DNA of 64,000 nucleotides from Deltaproteobacteria bacterium (GCA_029210625.1 JARGFU010000008.1:138661-202660); one strand, 5' to 3'. Positions 1 to 10,439 are shown, numbered from the stretch's first letter. Notes: generated from the letters alone by a model not told the origin. A program made the numbers and translations.

Positions 1-3000
1 GGACATCCGGGTCTTCGCCCGGCCCGACATCCCGCTGGCCGAGCTCGGCACGCGGCTGCCGGCCTCCCTCGGCGGGGACGATCTGCAGAAGCAGCTCTTG
101 CCCCTGGGACAGGAGGCGGCGCTGGCCGCCGGCCTGGCCGCCCGGCACCCGACCGCCGGGGCGCTGGTGAGCGCGATCCGCGACGCGGTGGGGGGGCACC
201 TCCACCAGGCACGCTCCCTGGGCTCGCTCGCGCCGGGGGGGCCGCTGGCGCGGGCCCACGGCATCGAGGTGCCGGTGGCGCAGGGCCCGATGACCCGGGT
301 GAGCGACGTGGCGGCCTTCGCCGACGACGTCTCCGCCGCGGGCGCCCTGCCCTTCCTCGCCCTCGCCCTCCTGCCCCGCGAGCGCGCGATGGCCCTCCTC
401 CAGGAGACGGCGGAGCGGATGGGCGATCGCCCCTGGGGCGTCGGCATCCTCGGCTTCGTCGACGAGGCCATCCGCAAGGCCCACCTCGAGGCGATCCTCG
501 CCGCCCGCCCGACCGCCGCCCTGATCGGGGGGGGCCGCCCCGCCCAGGCCCGCCAGCTCGAGGCCGAGGGCATCGCCACCTACCTCCACGTCCCCTCGCC
601 GGGCCTCCTCGATCTCTTCCTGCGGGAGGGCGCCCGCCGCTTCATCTTCGAGGGACGGGAGTGCGGGGGCCACGTGGGGCCTCGCTCCTCCTTCACCCTC
701 TGGGAGCAGCAGCTCACGCGGCTGCTCGACTTCGACGCCCCGGAGGAGCTGCACATCTTCTTCGCCGGCGGCATCCACGACGCCCGCTCGGCCGCGATGG
801 TCGCCACCCTCGCCGCGCCCCTGGCGGCCCGGGGCGCGAAGATCGGCATCCTCATGGGTACCGCCTACCTCTTCACCGAGGAGGCGGTGCGGAGCGGCGC
901 CATCGTCCAGGGCTTCCAGGAAGCCGCCATCGAGTGCGAGGAGACCGTCCTCCTCGAGACCTCTCCCGGCCACGCCTCCCGCTGCATGGAGACCCACTAC
1001 GTCGACACCTTCCAGGAGGCGCGGGTGCAGCTGGAGGCCGAGAGCAAGACCCCGAAGGAGATCTGGGCGGCCCTCGAGTCGCTCAACCTCGGCCGGCTGC
1101 GCATCGCCTCCAAGGGCATCCGCCGGGAGGGCGACGCCCTCCTCGATGTCGAGCCCGAGACCCAGCGGCGCGAGGGCATGTACATGCTCGGCCAGGTGGC
1201 CGCGCTGCGGGCCGAGCCCACCACCCTGGCCGAGCTGCACCGCGAGGTGAGCGTCGGCACCCAGCGCTACCTCGAGGGCCTGCGGATCCCCGAGCGGAAG
1301 CGCCGGGCGATCCCGCCCGCCGACGTCGCCATCGTCGGCATGGCGTCCATCTTCCCGGGCGCACCCGACCTGCCCCGCTACTGGTCCAACGTCGTGCTGG
1401 GCGTCGACAGCGTGACCGAGGTCCCCGCCTCGCGCTGGAACCAGGAGCTCTATTACGACCCCGACTCCCAGGACGGGCAGAGGACGCCCTCGAAGTGGGG
1501 TGGCTTCCTCTCGCCCATCGACTTCGATCCACTGGCCTTCGGCATCCCCCCCAACAGCCTGGCCGCCATCGAGCCGGTGCAGCTCCTGGCCCTGGAGGTC
1601 GCCCGCCGGGCGCTGATCGACGCCGGCTACGGCGAGCGCGACTTCGATCGCGAGCGCACCTCGGTGATCTTCGGCGCCGAAGCCGGCACCGATCTCTCGG
1701 CGGCCTACGGCTTCCGCAACCTCTACCGTCAGTACCTCGGCGAGCTGCCCGAGGCCCTCGATCGCGCGCTGCCCTCCCTCACCGAGGACTCCTTCCCGGG
1801 GGTGCTGGCCAACGTCATCGCCGGCCGCATCGCCAACCGCCTGGATCTCGGGGGCGTGAACTACACGGTCGACGCCGCCTGCGCCTCCTCCCTGGCCGCC
1901 CTCGACCTCGCCTGCAAGGAGCTGACGGCGCACACCTCGGACTTCGTCCTCTGCGGCGGCGCGGATCTGCACAACGCCATCGGTGACTACCTGCTCTTCG
2001 CCTCCACCCACGCCCTCTCGCCGACCGGGCGCTGCCGCACCTTCGACGCGAAGGCGGACGGCATCGCCCTGGGTGAGGGCGTCGCGGTGGTGGCCCTCAA
2101 GCGCCTGGCCGACGCCGAGCGCGACGGCGACCGGATCTACGCCGTGGTCAAGAGCGTGGCGGGCTCCTCGGACGGCCGCTCGCTGGGGCTCACCGCGCCC
2201 CGCAAGGAGGGGCAGAAGCGCGCCCTCGATCGCGCCTACCACCGGGCCGGGCTCTCGCCGGCGCAGATCGGGCTCACCGAGGCCCACGGCACCGGCACGG
2301 TCGTCGGGGATCGCACCGAGCTGGGCACCCTCACCGAGACCTACTCCGCCGCCGGCGTCCTGCCGGGCACCATCACCCTGGGCTCGGTGAAGTCGAACAT
2401 CGGCCACACCAAGTGCGCGGCGGGCCTGGCCGGCCTGATCAAGGTCGCCCTCTCCCTCCACCACCGCACCCTGCCCCCCACCCTGCACATCGAGAAGCCC
2501 AACCCGGCCTGGGAGCCCGGCGCCAGCCCCTTCGTCTTCCGACGGGAGGCCGCGCCCTGGCCGGGCCGGGAGCACGCCGCCTCGGTCTCGGCCTTCGGCT
2601 TCGGCGGGACGAACTTCCACGCCATCCTCGCCGCCCACGAGGACCCCTCGGCGCCGCCTGCGCCGGGCCTGATCGAGTGGCCGGCCGAGCTCTTCCTCTT
2701 CCGGGATCCCGAGGACCTCGGGCGGCTGGCCGCCGTCCTCGAGCAGGGCGAGCCCTGGTGCCTGCGGGAGCTGGCCGCCGCGCTGAACGCGCGCGGCGAC
2801 GCCGGTGCGCCAGTGCAGCTGGCGATCGTCGCCTCCACCCCGAGCGAGCTGAAGGAGAAGCTGGTCGGCGCCCGCGCCGGGATGGCCGGCGACGGGATCT
2901 ACCCGGCCGAGGGCCACGAGCTCGCCGGCGGGAAGCTCGCCTTCCTCTTCCCCGGGCAGGGCTCCCAGCGCCCGGGGATGCTGGCCGAGCTCTTCGTCGC

Positions 3001-6000
3001 CTTCCCCTGGCTGCAGTCTCTCCTCGACCTCGACCTCGAGCTGGCCCGGACCATCTACCCTCCCGCGGCCTTCGACCCCGAGGCCGCCAAGCGGCAGCGC
3101 CGGGCCGTCACCGACACCCGGGTGGCGCAGCCCGCCCTCGGCCTGGTCGACCTCGCGGCCTTCCGCCTGCTCGGCTCCCTGCAGCTCGACCCCGCGATGG
3201 TGGCCGGACACAGCTACGGTGAGCTCGCCGCCCTCTGCGCCGCCGGCGCCCTCGAGCCCGAGGATCTGCTCGAGCTCTCGCGGGCCCGCGCCGAGGCCAT
3301 CCTCGAGGCCGCCGAGAGCTCCGAGGATCCCGGGACCATGGCGGCGGTGGGCGCCAGCGCCGACGTCGTCGCCGCCGCCCTCGCCGGCAACGACGAGGTC
3401 ACCCTCGCGAACTACAACGCCCCCAAGCAGACGGTGATCGCGGGCACCGAGGCCGCCATCGAGCGGGCGGTGGAGAAGCTCGGCGCCGACGGCCTGGCCG
3501 CCCGGCGGATCCCGGTGGCCTGCGCCTTCCACTCTCCCATCGTCGCCGGCGCCTCCGAGATCCTGGGCCGCTACCTGGAGACCGTCTCCCTGAAGACCCC
3601 CTCGCTGCCGGTCTACAGCAACACCGAGGCCGCCCCGCACGCCGATGATCCTGGCACCATCCGTCGGCTGCTCGCCGAGCACGTGGCCCGGCCGGTGCGC
3701 TTCCTCGACGAGATCGAGGCGATGTACGAGGACGGCGCGCGGGTCTTCGTCGAGGTCGGCCCCGGGCGGGTGCTCACCGACCTGACCGGCAAGATCCTCG
3801 GTGACCGCCCCCACCTGGCGGTGAGCCTGGAGCAGCCGGGACGCGACGGCCTCACCGGCCTGCTCCACACCCTGGGCCGCCTCGCCGCCGCCGGCGTCGC
3901 CTTCGATCCGGCGCCCCTCTTCGCCGGCCGGGAGGGCCGGCCCCTCGACCTCGAGTCGCCCGCCGCCCTCACCTCGCCGGCCGCCTGGAAGGTGGACGGT
4001 CACCGCGCCGTGCCGCGACGGGGCGAGCCGCCGGTCCACGGTCTGCAGGTGGTCGAGCAGCCCCTCGGCGTCGGACCGGGCGCCGGCCTGGGGCTGGGAG
4101 GCCCGACCGGTGAGCGCGGCGAGGTGATGGTGGAGTACCTGCGCGGGGTGCGGACCCTGGCCGCGGCCCAGCGCGACGTGCTCCTGACCTTCCTCGGCGG
4201 CACCCCGCCAGCAGCGGGCCCGGTGATCGAGACCACGGCCAGCCCGAGCGCCCCCGCCGAGCGCGCCGCCCTCGAGGCGGTGAGCGCCCCGGCGCCCTCC
4301 GGCGCCCCACCCGAGGAGAGGGATCCCGCCGAGGTGCTGATGCAGATCGTCAGCGAGCGCACCGGCTATCCCGAGTCGATGCTCGAGCTGGACCTCGACC
4401 TGGAGGCGGACCTCTCGATCGACTCGATCAAGCGGGTGGAGATCATCGGCCTGCTGGCCGAGCAGCTGGGCCTGGGCGGCGGCTCGGACGACGAGCGCGA
4501 CCGCCTGGTCGAGGAGCTCTCCCGGGTGAAGACCCTCCGCGGGATCCTCGAGTGGCTGGAGGAGCAGCTCCGCAAGGACGAGGAGGCCCCGGCCGCGTCC
4601 GAGGAGGAGGCGCCGGCGCCCGAGATCCCGGAGGCGACCCTGCGCTTCGTCTTCGAGGTCGCCGACGCCCCGCCCCTCGAGCGCCGCGGGAGCTCGCTGG
4701 CCGGCCAGACCTTCGTGCTCCACGGCGGCGACGACACCCTCCGGGGCGTCCTGCGCCGCCGGCTGGAGGGAGCGGGCGCGCACGTGCGCGTCGCCACCGA
4801 TCCGCTGCGCATCGACGCCGGCGATCGGCTGGTGCTCCTCGATCCGCTCTTGCGCGACGGTGAGGCGCGGCAGAGCCACCGCCTCTTCGCGCTGGCGGAC
4901 ATGGCCCGCAAGGCCCTGGGTGCCAGCGCCCGGGCCGTGATCGCGGCCACCACCCTCGGCCCCGGCTTCGGGCGGGAGAGCAGCGGCGACCTGCTGCCGG
5001 CCGCCGGCGTCGCCGGCCTCTTCAAGACCATCGCCCGGGAGTGGCCCGAGGCGCGGGTCCGCGCCGTGCACCTCGATCCCCGGGACGACGCCGAGACCAA
5101 GGCCGAGCATCTCCTCTCCGAGGCCATGGCCCAGGATGACATCGCCGAGGTCGGCTGGTTCGGCGGAAAGCGGCAGGTCCTCCGGGTGGTCGAGTCCCCC
5201 CGGCCGGGCAAGGGCGAGGCGAGCTTCTCCCTCCCCGAGGGCTCGGTCGTGCTCCTCACCGGCGGCGCCCGGGGCATCACCGCCCGGGTCGCCCTGGCCC
5301 TGGCGAGGAAGGGCGTGCGGCTGATCCTGGTGGGACGCAGCGCCGCCCCGGCCGCTCCGGAGAACGAGGCCCTGCGCGGCGCCACCACCGCCGTCGAGCT
5401 GCGCCGGAAGGTGGTCGAGCTGGAGCTCGCCTCCAGCCCGGCCGAGGTCGAGCGCATCTGCCGGACCCTCCTCGGTGAGCGGGCGCTGCGCGCGACCTTC
5501 GCCGCCCTGAAGACCACGGGGGCGAGCTTCGAGTACGAGACCTGCGACGTGCGCGATCGCTCGGCCTTCGGGCGCCTGATCGACTCCGTCTACGAGCGCC
5601 ACGGCCGCATCGACCTGGTGATCCACGGCGCCGGGGTGCTCGACGACCGGCTCCTGCGCGACAAGGACGCCGAGGGCTTCCAGCGGGTGGTCGACACCAA
5701 GGTCGAGGGGGCGCTCACCCTCGAGGCGCACCTCAAGCCCGACATCGGGCAGGTCGTCTTCTTCGGCAGCGTCAGCGGCGCCTTCGGCAACCGCGGGCAG
5801 GCCGACTACGCCGCCGCCAACGACGTCCTCGACAAGCTCGCCACCTCGATGAACCGCCGCCTCGAGGGGCGCGTGCTCTCCATCGACTGGGGCCCCTGGG
5901 GCGGAGGCGAGGGGATGATCGACGCGACCCTGGAGAAGGAGTACGCCCGCCGCGGCATCGGCCTCATCGCCCCCGAGGACGGCGTGCGCTGCCTCCTCGA

Positions 6001-6070
6001 GGAGCTCGCGCGCGAGGACGACGGCCCCCAGGTCCTCTACCTGCGCTCGGATCCCGAGCGCTTCGACTGA
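1..6070 (+). CDS. Iterative type I polyketide synthase, PUFA-synthase/heterocyst-glycolipid-synthase-like, domains ER(PfaD/FabK-type)-KS-AT-ACP-KR. The 5' end is truncated by the window edge.
   Basis: The frame is open from nt 2; the listed 98..6070 ORF begins at an internal TTG. An FMN-dependent ER motif (VAQGPMTRVSDVAAF) comes first. The KS has the active-site Cys (DAACASS) plus HGTGT and GHTKCAAG. The AT has GHSYGE. The ACP has LEADLSIDSIKRVEI. The KR has a Rossmann GGARGITA and a YAAAN motif. The stop is TGA at 6068-6070. Confidence 0.85.
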   Translation, partial: DIRVFARPDIPLAELGTRLPASLGGDDLQKQLLPLGQEAALAAGLAARHPTAGALVSAIRDAVGGHLHQARSLGSLAPGGPLARAHGIEVPVAQGPMTRVSDVAAFADDVSAAGALPFLALALLPRERAMALLQETAERMGDRPWGVGILGFVDEAIRKAHLEAILAARPTAALIGGGRPAQARQLEAEGIATYLHVPSPGLLDLFLREGARRFIFEGRECGGHVGPRSSFTLWEQQLTRLLDFDAPEELHIFFAGGIHDARSAAMVATLAAPLAARGAKIGILMGTAYLFTEEAVRSGAIVQGFQEAAIECEETVLLETSPGHASRCMETHYVDTFQEARVQLEAESKTPKEIWAALESLNLGRLRIASKGIRREGDALLDVEPETQRREGMYMLGQVAALRAEPTTLAELHREVSVGTQRYLEGLRIPERKRRAIPPADVAIVGMASIFPGAPDLPRYWSNVVLGVDSVTEVPASRWNQELYYDPDSQDGQRTPSKWGGFLSPIDFDPLAFGIPPNSLAAIEPVQLLALEVARRALIDAGYGERDFDRERTSVIFGAEAGTDLSAAYGFRNLYRQYLGELPEALDRALPSLTEDSFPGVLANVIAGRIANRLDLGGVNYTVDAACASSLAALDLACKELTAHTSDFVLCGGADLHNAIGDYLLFASTHALSPTGRCRTFDAKADGIALGEGVAVVALKRLADAERDGDRIYAVVKSVAGSSDGRSLGLTAPRKEGQKRALDRAYHRAGLSPAQIGLTEAHGTGTVVGDRTELGTLTETYSAAGVLPGTITLGSVKSNIGHTKCAAGLAGLIKVALSLHHRTLPPTLHIEKPNPAWEPGASPFVFRREAAPWPGREHAASVSAFGFGGTNFHAILAAHEDPSAPPAPGLIEWPAELFLFRDPEDLGRLAAVLEQGEPWCLRELAAALNARGDAGAPVQLAIVASTPSELKEKLVGARAGMAGDGIYPAEGHELAGGKLAFLFPGQGSQRPGMLAELFVAFPWLQSLLDLDLELARTIYPPAAFDPEAAKRQRRAVTDTRVAQPALGLVDLAAFRLLGSLQLDPAMVAGHSYGELAALCAAGALEPEDLLELSRARAEAILEAAESSEDPGTMAAVGASADVVAAALAGNDEVTLANYNAPKQTVIAGTEAAIERAVEKLGADGLAARRIPVACAFHSPIVAGASEILGRYLETVSLKTPSLPVYSNTEAAPHADDPGTIRRLLAEHVARPVRFLDEIEAMYEDGARVFVEVGPGRVLTDLTGKILGDRPHLAVSLEQPGRDGLTGLLHTLGRLAAAGVAFDPAPLFAGREGRPLDLESPAALTSPAAWKVDGHRAVPRRGEPPVHGLQVVEQPLGVGPGAGLGLGGPTGERGEVMVEYLRGVRTLAAAQRDVLLTFLGGTPPAAGPVIETTASPSAPAERAALEAVSAPAPSGAPPEERDPAEVLMQIVSERTGYPESMLELDLDLEADLSIDSIKRVEIIGLLAEQLGLGGGSDDERDRLVEELSRVKTLRGILEWLEEQLRKDEEAPAASEEEAPAPEIPEATLRFVFEVADAPPLERRGSSLAGQTFVLHGGDDTLRGVLRRRLEGAGAHVRVATDPLRIDAGDRLVLLDPLLRDGEARQSHRLFALADMARKALGASARAVIAATTLGPGFGRESSGDLLPAAGVAGLFKTIAREWPEARVRAVHLDPRDDAETKAEHLLSEAMAQDDIAEVGWFGGKRQVLRVVESPRPGKGEASFSLPEGSVVLLTGGARGITARVALALARKGVRLILVGRSAAPAAPENEALRGATTAVELRRKVVELELASSPAEVERICRTLLGERALRATFAALKTTGASFEYETCDVRDRSAFGRLIDSVYERHGRIDLVIHGAGVLDDRLLRDKDAEGFQRVVDTKVEGALTLEAHLKPDIGQVVFFGSVSGAFGNRGQADYAAANDVLDKLATSMNRRLEGRVLSIDWGPWGGGEGMIDATLEKEYARRGIGLIAPEDGVRCLLEELAREDDGPQVLYLRSDPERFD

Positions 6071-6077
6071 TCTCGCC

Positions 6078-9000
6078 ATGGCGAACTCGCGCGGCATCGC
6101 CATCGTCGGACTGGGCGCACGCTTCCCGGGCGCCGAGGACGTCGAGCAGTTCTGGCGCAACATCGCCGCCGGTCACGACGCGATCGGGCCGGTCCCGGAG
6201 GAGCGGATCCCGGGCGTCTTCTTCGACGCGAGCACCAGCAGCATCGACCGGCTCCCCTGCCGCCGCGGCGGCTTCCTCGGGGCGAGCATCAACCTCGACG
6301 TCGCCGCCCACGGCCTGATGCCGGTGGCGGCCCGGGGGGCCGAGCCCGATCAGCTCCTGGCCCTCGACCTCGCGACCGCGACCTTCGCCGACGCGGGCTA
6401 CACCGAGGGCGGCTTCGATCGGAGCCGCACCGCGGTGATCCTGGGCCGGGGGGGCTACCTGGGACCGGGGCTGGTGCGGGCCGATCAGAGCGTGCGGGGC
6501 GCCGAGCAGCTCGCCGGCCTGCTGCGGCGGCTGCTCCCGGACCTGCCCCTGTCGCGGATCGAGGCCATCAAGGACGCCTACCAGGAGGCGGCGGGCCCCT
6601 ACGGTCCGGACACCGCCATCGGCCTGGTGCCGAACCTCGCCGCCTCCCGGATCGCCAACCGCCTCGATCTGCGCGGGCCAGCCTTCACCCTCGACGCCGC
6701 CTGCGCCAGCAGCCTCCTCGCGGTCGAGCAGGCGATGCTCCTCCTCGAGACCCGCCGGGCGGATCACGTCCTGGCCGGGGGCATCCACCTGGTGCAGGAC
6801 CCGACCTTCTGGAGCGTCTTCGCGCAGCTCGGCGCCCTCTCCCGCAGCGAGGCGATCCGCCCCTTCGACGCTCGCGCCGACGGCCTGCTCATCGGCGAGG
6901 GCGCGGGCTTCTTCCTCCTCGAGCGCCTCGAGGACGCCGAGGCCGCCGGTCACCGCATCTACGCGGTGATCCGCGGCGTGGGCTCGGCGAGCGACGGCCG
7001 GGGCACCTCGGTGATGCAGCCGAGGGCCGAGGGGCAGCGCCTGGCCCTGGAGCGGGCCTGGGAGGGATCGGGCCTCGAGCCCGCCCACATCGGGCTGGTC
7101 GAGGGGCACGGCACGGGCACCACCGCCGGGGACGGAGTGGAGCTCGAAACCCTGGCCCGCTTCTTCGGCCCGGCCGGGGAGGGCCCGCGCGCCAGCCTCG
7201 GCTCGGTGAAGTCGATGATCGGTCACACCATGCCGGCGGCGGGCGCCGCGGGGCTGATCAAGGCGGCCCTGGCGATCTTCCACCGCAGCCTGCCGCCCTC
7301 CCTCCACTGCGAGGAGCCCCACCCGAAGCTGGCGGCCACCCGCTTCGAGGTGCACGTCGCGGCCCGGCCCTGGACGACCGGCCCGGGAGAGGAGCGCGTC
7401 GCCGCGGTGAACGCCTTCGGCTTCGGTGGCATCGACGCCCACGTGGTGCTCTCCGAGGCCCCGGCGGGCAGCCGCCGGACCCACCGGGTGCAGGCCCTCG
7501 ACCGGGTCGAGCCCTCCTTCCCCGGCCTCCCCGACGAGGAGCGGACGGGGCTGCCCGAGGTGCTGCGCCTCGCTGGCGACTCGCCCGCCGCGCTCCTCGC
7601 GGCCCTCGAGCGCGGCGAGGGGCCGATCGGCACCGGCCCCTGCCGGCTGGCCGTCCTCCAGCCCACCCCCGAGCGCCTCGCCCGGGCGCGCCGGGTCGTC
7701 GAGCGCGGTGAGCCCTGGCGGGGCCGCGGCGGGATCTGGTTCGCCCCCGAGGGCCTGGCCCTGCAAGGCGGCAAGGTGGCCTTCCTCTTCCCGGGGGTGG
7801 ACGCCGACTTCCGCCCGCGGGTGCGCGAGCTCGCCGAGCACTTCGACCTCTCGCTGCCGCCGGAGCTCGAGGCCCTCGAGGCCGAGGAGGCGCCCCGCCG
7901 CCCCGAGGCCATCGACCGCACCGGGATGGGGATCTACCGGGTCAACCAGCTCTGCTTCGAGCTGCTCTCCCGGATCGGCCTCTTCGCCGACGCGATGGCC
8001 GGGCACAGCATCGGCGAGTGGAGCGCGATGATCCACGGCGGCCTCCTGCCGCAGGGCGCGGTGGAGGCCTTCCTGGAGGAGAGCGGCGGGCAGGCCCTCG
8101 AGGTGCCCGGCGTGCTCTTCGCCGCCGCCGCCTGCTCGGTGGACGACGCCCTCGACGCGATGACCGATCTGGAGGCCATCGGCCTCTCCCACGACAACTG
8201 CCCCCACCAGGTGATCCTCTGCGGGAAGGAGGAGAGCATCGAGACCGCCCGGGCCCGGCTGCTCTCCCGCGGCGCGGTCGTGCAGATCCTCCCCTTCCGC
8301 TCGGGCTTCCACTCCCGCCTCTTCGACGACTACCTCGACCCCCACCGCGCGCACTTCGAGCGGCTGCCCATCGAGGCGGCGCACACCACCGTCTGGTCGG
8401 CGACCACCTGCAGCCCCTTCCCGGTGGGCGCCGACGCCGTGCGCGAGCTCGCCCTGCGCCACCTCGTCGAGCCGGTGCGCTTCCGGGAGCTCATCGAGGC
8501 CCTCTACGATCACGGCCACTCGATCTTCGTGCAGGTGGGCACCGGCAGCCTGCCGGGCTTCGTCTCCGACACCCTCGGCGCGCGCCCCCACCTGACGGTC
8601 AGCGTCAGCGATCCGAAGCGCGGCGGCCTCGAGTCCCTCGCCCGCCTCGGCGCGGCCCTCTTCGTGGAGGGCATCGACCTCTGGGCCGGGATCGACCGCG
8701 CCAGGCGGCCCGGCCGGGAGGCGGCCTCCGGCGGCGGGGTGGAGACCGGGTCGAGGGGCCTGGAGCTCCCCCTGGGTGCGCCCTTCATCTCGGTGGGCGA
8801 GCCCCTGCCCTTCGGCAGCGCCGGCCCTCGCCTGCCCCCGCCCGCCCGCGGCGCGCTGCGGGATCCCCTGCGGGACGAGGTCGAGGCGACCCTCGAGGAC
8901 CTCTCCCGGATGCAGGCGGAGATCCTCGAGACCTACCAGCAGGCGCTGCGGGGGCGGAGCCGGCCCGTGCGGCAGCAGCGCACCCTCTCGGTGCGCACCG

Positions 9001-10439
9001 TGCCCGAGCTGATCGATCACAGCTTCTACCCGCAGGGCGAGGGGGCGACCCTGGCCGAGCGCGATCCCGTCGTGCCGATGACGATGTCGATCGAGCTCCT
9101 CCTGGAGCTCGCCCGCAAGGCCTTCCCCGGCCGCACCCCCGTCGCCCTCGAGGAGCTGCGGATGCACCAGTGGCTGCGGGTGCACCCGGCGGCGAAGGTG
9201 CAGCTCGTCGCCGAGCCCCGGGGAGACGATCGGGCCCACGTCGCCATCGAGGGCTTCTGCGAGGGCACCGTCCGCCTCGCCGACGCCTACCCCGCGCCGC
9301 CGGCCAGCCAGCTCCCCCCTCTCGCCGACGCCGGCCCGCCGCCCATCGACGCGGCCACCCTCTACGCCGACCGCTGGATGTTCCACGGGCCGGCCTACCA
9401 GGGCGTGCACACCATCGGCGCGCTCGGCGCCGGCGGCGTGGAGGGCAAGCTCAAGGTCACCGAGGGGCCCGGCGCCCTCCTCGACTCCCTCGGTCAGCTC
9501 TTCGGCTTCTGGCTGATGGCGACCCGCACCGAGGACAAGCTGGCCATGCCGATCGGCCTGGAGTCCCTCGAGCGCTTCGGCCCGCACCCGCAGGCTGGCG
9601 AGCTCCTCGACGCGCGGGTGCGGATCACTCACTGCGACGATCGCCGCCTGGTGGGGGACATGGAGGTCCTGCGCGGCGAGCAGGTCTGGTGCCGGATCCG
9701 CGGCTGGGCCGACCACCGCTTCCCCTCGGATCCGGACACCTGGAAGGTGCTGCAGCACCCCGAGCGCCACCGCCTCTCGGCGCGCCGGGAGCCCTACTTC
9801 CTCTTCGACGCCGCGCGCTGCCGGCCGCCCTCCCGGGACTGGCTGATCCGGCGGATGCTCTCGGAGCACGAGCGCACCACCCTCCTGGCCTCGGCGCCCC
9901 AGGCGCAGCGCGCCTACCTCCACGCGCGCATCGCCGGGAAGGACGCCGTGCGGAGCCTGCTGGAGCAGGGCGCCGAGCTCGCCGATCCTGGCGAGGCCAT
10001 CTTCCCCTCCACGCTCCCGCTCCTGGGCGATCACGAGGAGGGCCTGCGCCTGGCCGGCCCCCACGCTGGCGAGCTGAAGGTGGACGCCGCCACCGCCGGA
10101 GATCTCGCGGTGGCCCTCGCCTCCCGCAAGGGCGAGGTGGCCATCGCGCTCTACCCCCTGGGCAGCCTGCCGCCCGGCGCCCGCCAGGCGAGCTTCGCCA
10201 GCGACGAGCTGGATGCCGCGCGCGCAGCGGGCGCCGGTGACGACCTCGACGCCCGGCTCCACGTCTGCGCTGCCCGGGCCATCGCCTCCCGCCTGGCCGC
10301 GCGCGGCGGGGAGGCCGGGCCCCGCGAGGCGGACGCCGTGAGCGAGGGCCGGCCGGGCGGCCTGCGCGTCGGAGAGCTCTGGGTCGAGCTGCGGGTGGAC
10401 CTGGGCCACCTGGTGGCCTGGGCCCTGCGACCGGACTAG
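6078..10439 (+). CDS. Second PKS subunit: KS-AT-DH(hot-dog) plus a C-terminal ~230 aa tail with weak phosphopantetheinyl-transferase-like motifs.
   Basis: ATG at 6078 lies 8 nt after the upstream stop. The KS has DAACASS, EGHGTGT and GHTMPAAG. The AT has GHSIGEW. The hot-dog DH region has HQWLRVHP and LYADRWMFHGPAYQG. The tail contains LSEHERTTL and RIAGKDAVRSLLEQG, which resemble AcpS/Sfp motifs. Confidence 0.8.
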   Translation: MANSRGIAIVGLGARFPGAEDVEQFWRNIAAGHDAIGPVPEERIPGVFFDASTSSIDRLPCRRGGFLGASINLDVAAHGLMPVAARGAEPDQLLALDLATATFADAGYTEGGFDRSRTAVILGRGGYLGPGLVRADQSVRGAEQLAGLLRRLLPDLPLSRIEAIKDAYQEAAGPYGPDTAIGLVPNLAASRIANRLDLRGPAFTLDAACASSLLAVEQAMLLLETRRADHVLAGGIHLVQDPTFWSVFAQLGALSRSEAIRPFDARADGLLIGEGAGFFLLERLEDAEAAGHRIYAVIRGVGSASDGRGTSVMQPRAEGQRLALERAWEGSGLEPAHIGLVEGHGTGTTAGDGVELETLARFFGPAGEGPRASLGSVKSMIGHTMPAAGAAGLIKAALAIFHRSLPPSLHCEEPHPKLAATRFEVHVAARPWTTGPGEERVAAVNAFGFGGIDAHVVLSEAPAGSRRTHRVQALDRVEPSFPGLPDEERTGLPEVLRLAGDSPAALLAALERGEGPIGTGPCRLAVLQPTPERLARARRVVERGEPWRGRGGIWFAPEGLALQGGKVAFLFPGVDADFRPRVRELAEHFDLSLPPELEALEAEEAPRRPEAIDRTGMGIYRVNQLCFELLSRIGLFADAMAGHSIGEWSAMIHGGLLPQGAVEAFLEESGGQALEVPGVLFAAAACSVDDALDAMTDLEAIGLSHDNCPHQVILCGKEESIETARARLLSRGAVVQILPFRSGFHSRLFDDYLDPHRAHFERLPIEAAHTTVWSATTCSPFPVGADAVRELALRHLVEPVRFRELIEALYDHGHSIFVQVGTGSLPGFVSDTLGARPHLTVSVSDPKRGGLESLARLGAALFVEGIDLWAGIDRARRPGREAASGGGVETGSRGLELPLGAPFISVGEPLPFGSAGPRLPPPARGALRDPLRDEVEATLEDLSRMQAEILETYQQALRGRSRPVRQQRTLSVRTVPELIDHSFYPQGEGATLAERDPVVPMTMSIELLLELARKAFPGRTPVALEELRMHQWLRVHPAAKVQLVAEPRGDDRAHVAIEGFCEGTVRLADAYPAPPASQLPPLADAGPPPIDAATLYADRWMFHGPAYQGVHTIGALGAGGVEGKLKVTEGPGALLDSLGQLFGFWLMATRTEDKLAMPIGLESLERFGPHPQAGELLDARVRITHCDDRRLVGDMEVLRGEQVWCRIRGWADHRFPSDPDTWKVLQHPERHRLSARREPYFLFDAARCRPPSRDWLIRRMLSEHERTTLLASAPQAQRAYLHARIAGKDAVRSLLEQGAELADPGEAIFPSTLPLLGDHEEGLRLAGPHAGELKVDAATAGDLAVALASRKGEVAIALYPLGSLPPGARQASFASDELDAARAAGAGDDLDARLHVCAARAIASRLAARGGEAGPREADAVSEGRPGGLRVGELWVELRVDLGHLVAWALRPD

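Noticed and set aside
5964-10409. 1481-aa ORF on the minus strand.
   Set aside because: It is antisense to PKS subunit 2. Its translation is Gly/Ala/Arg/Glu low complexity with no domain. It is a typical stop-codon-poor artefact of ~70% GC DNA.
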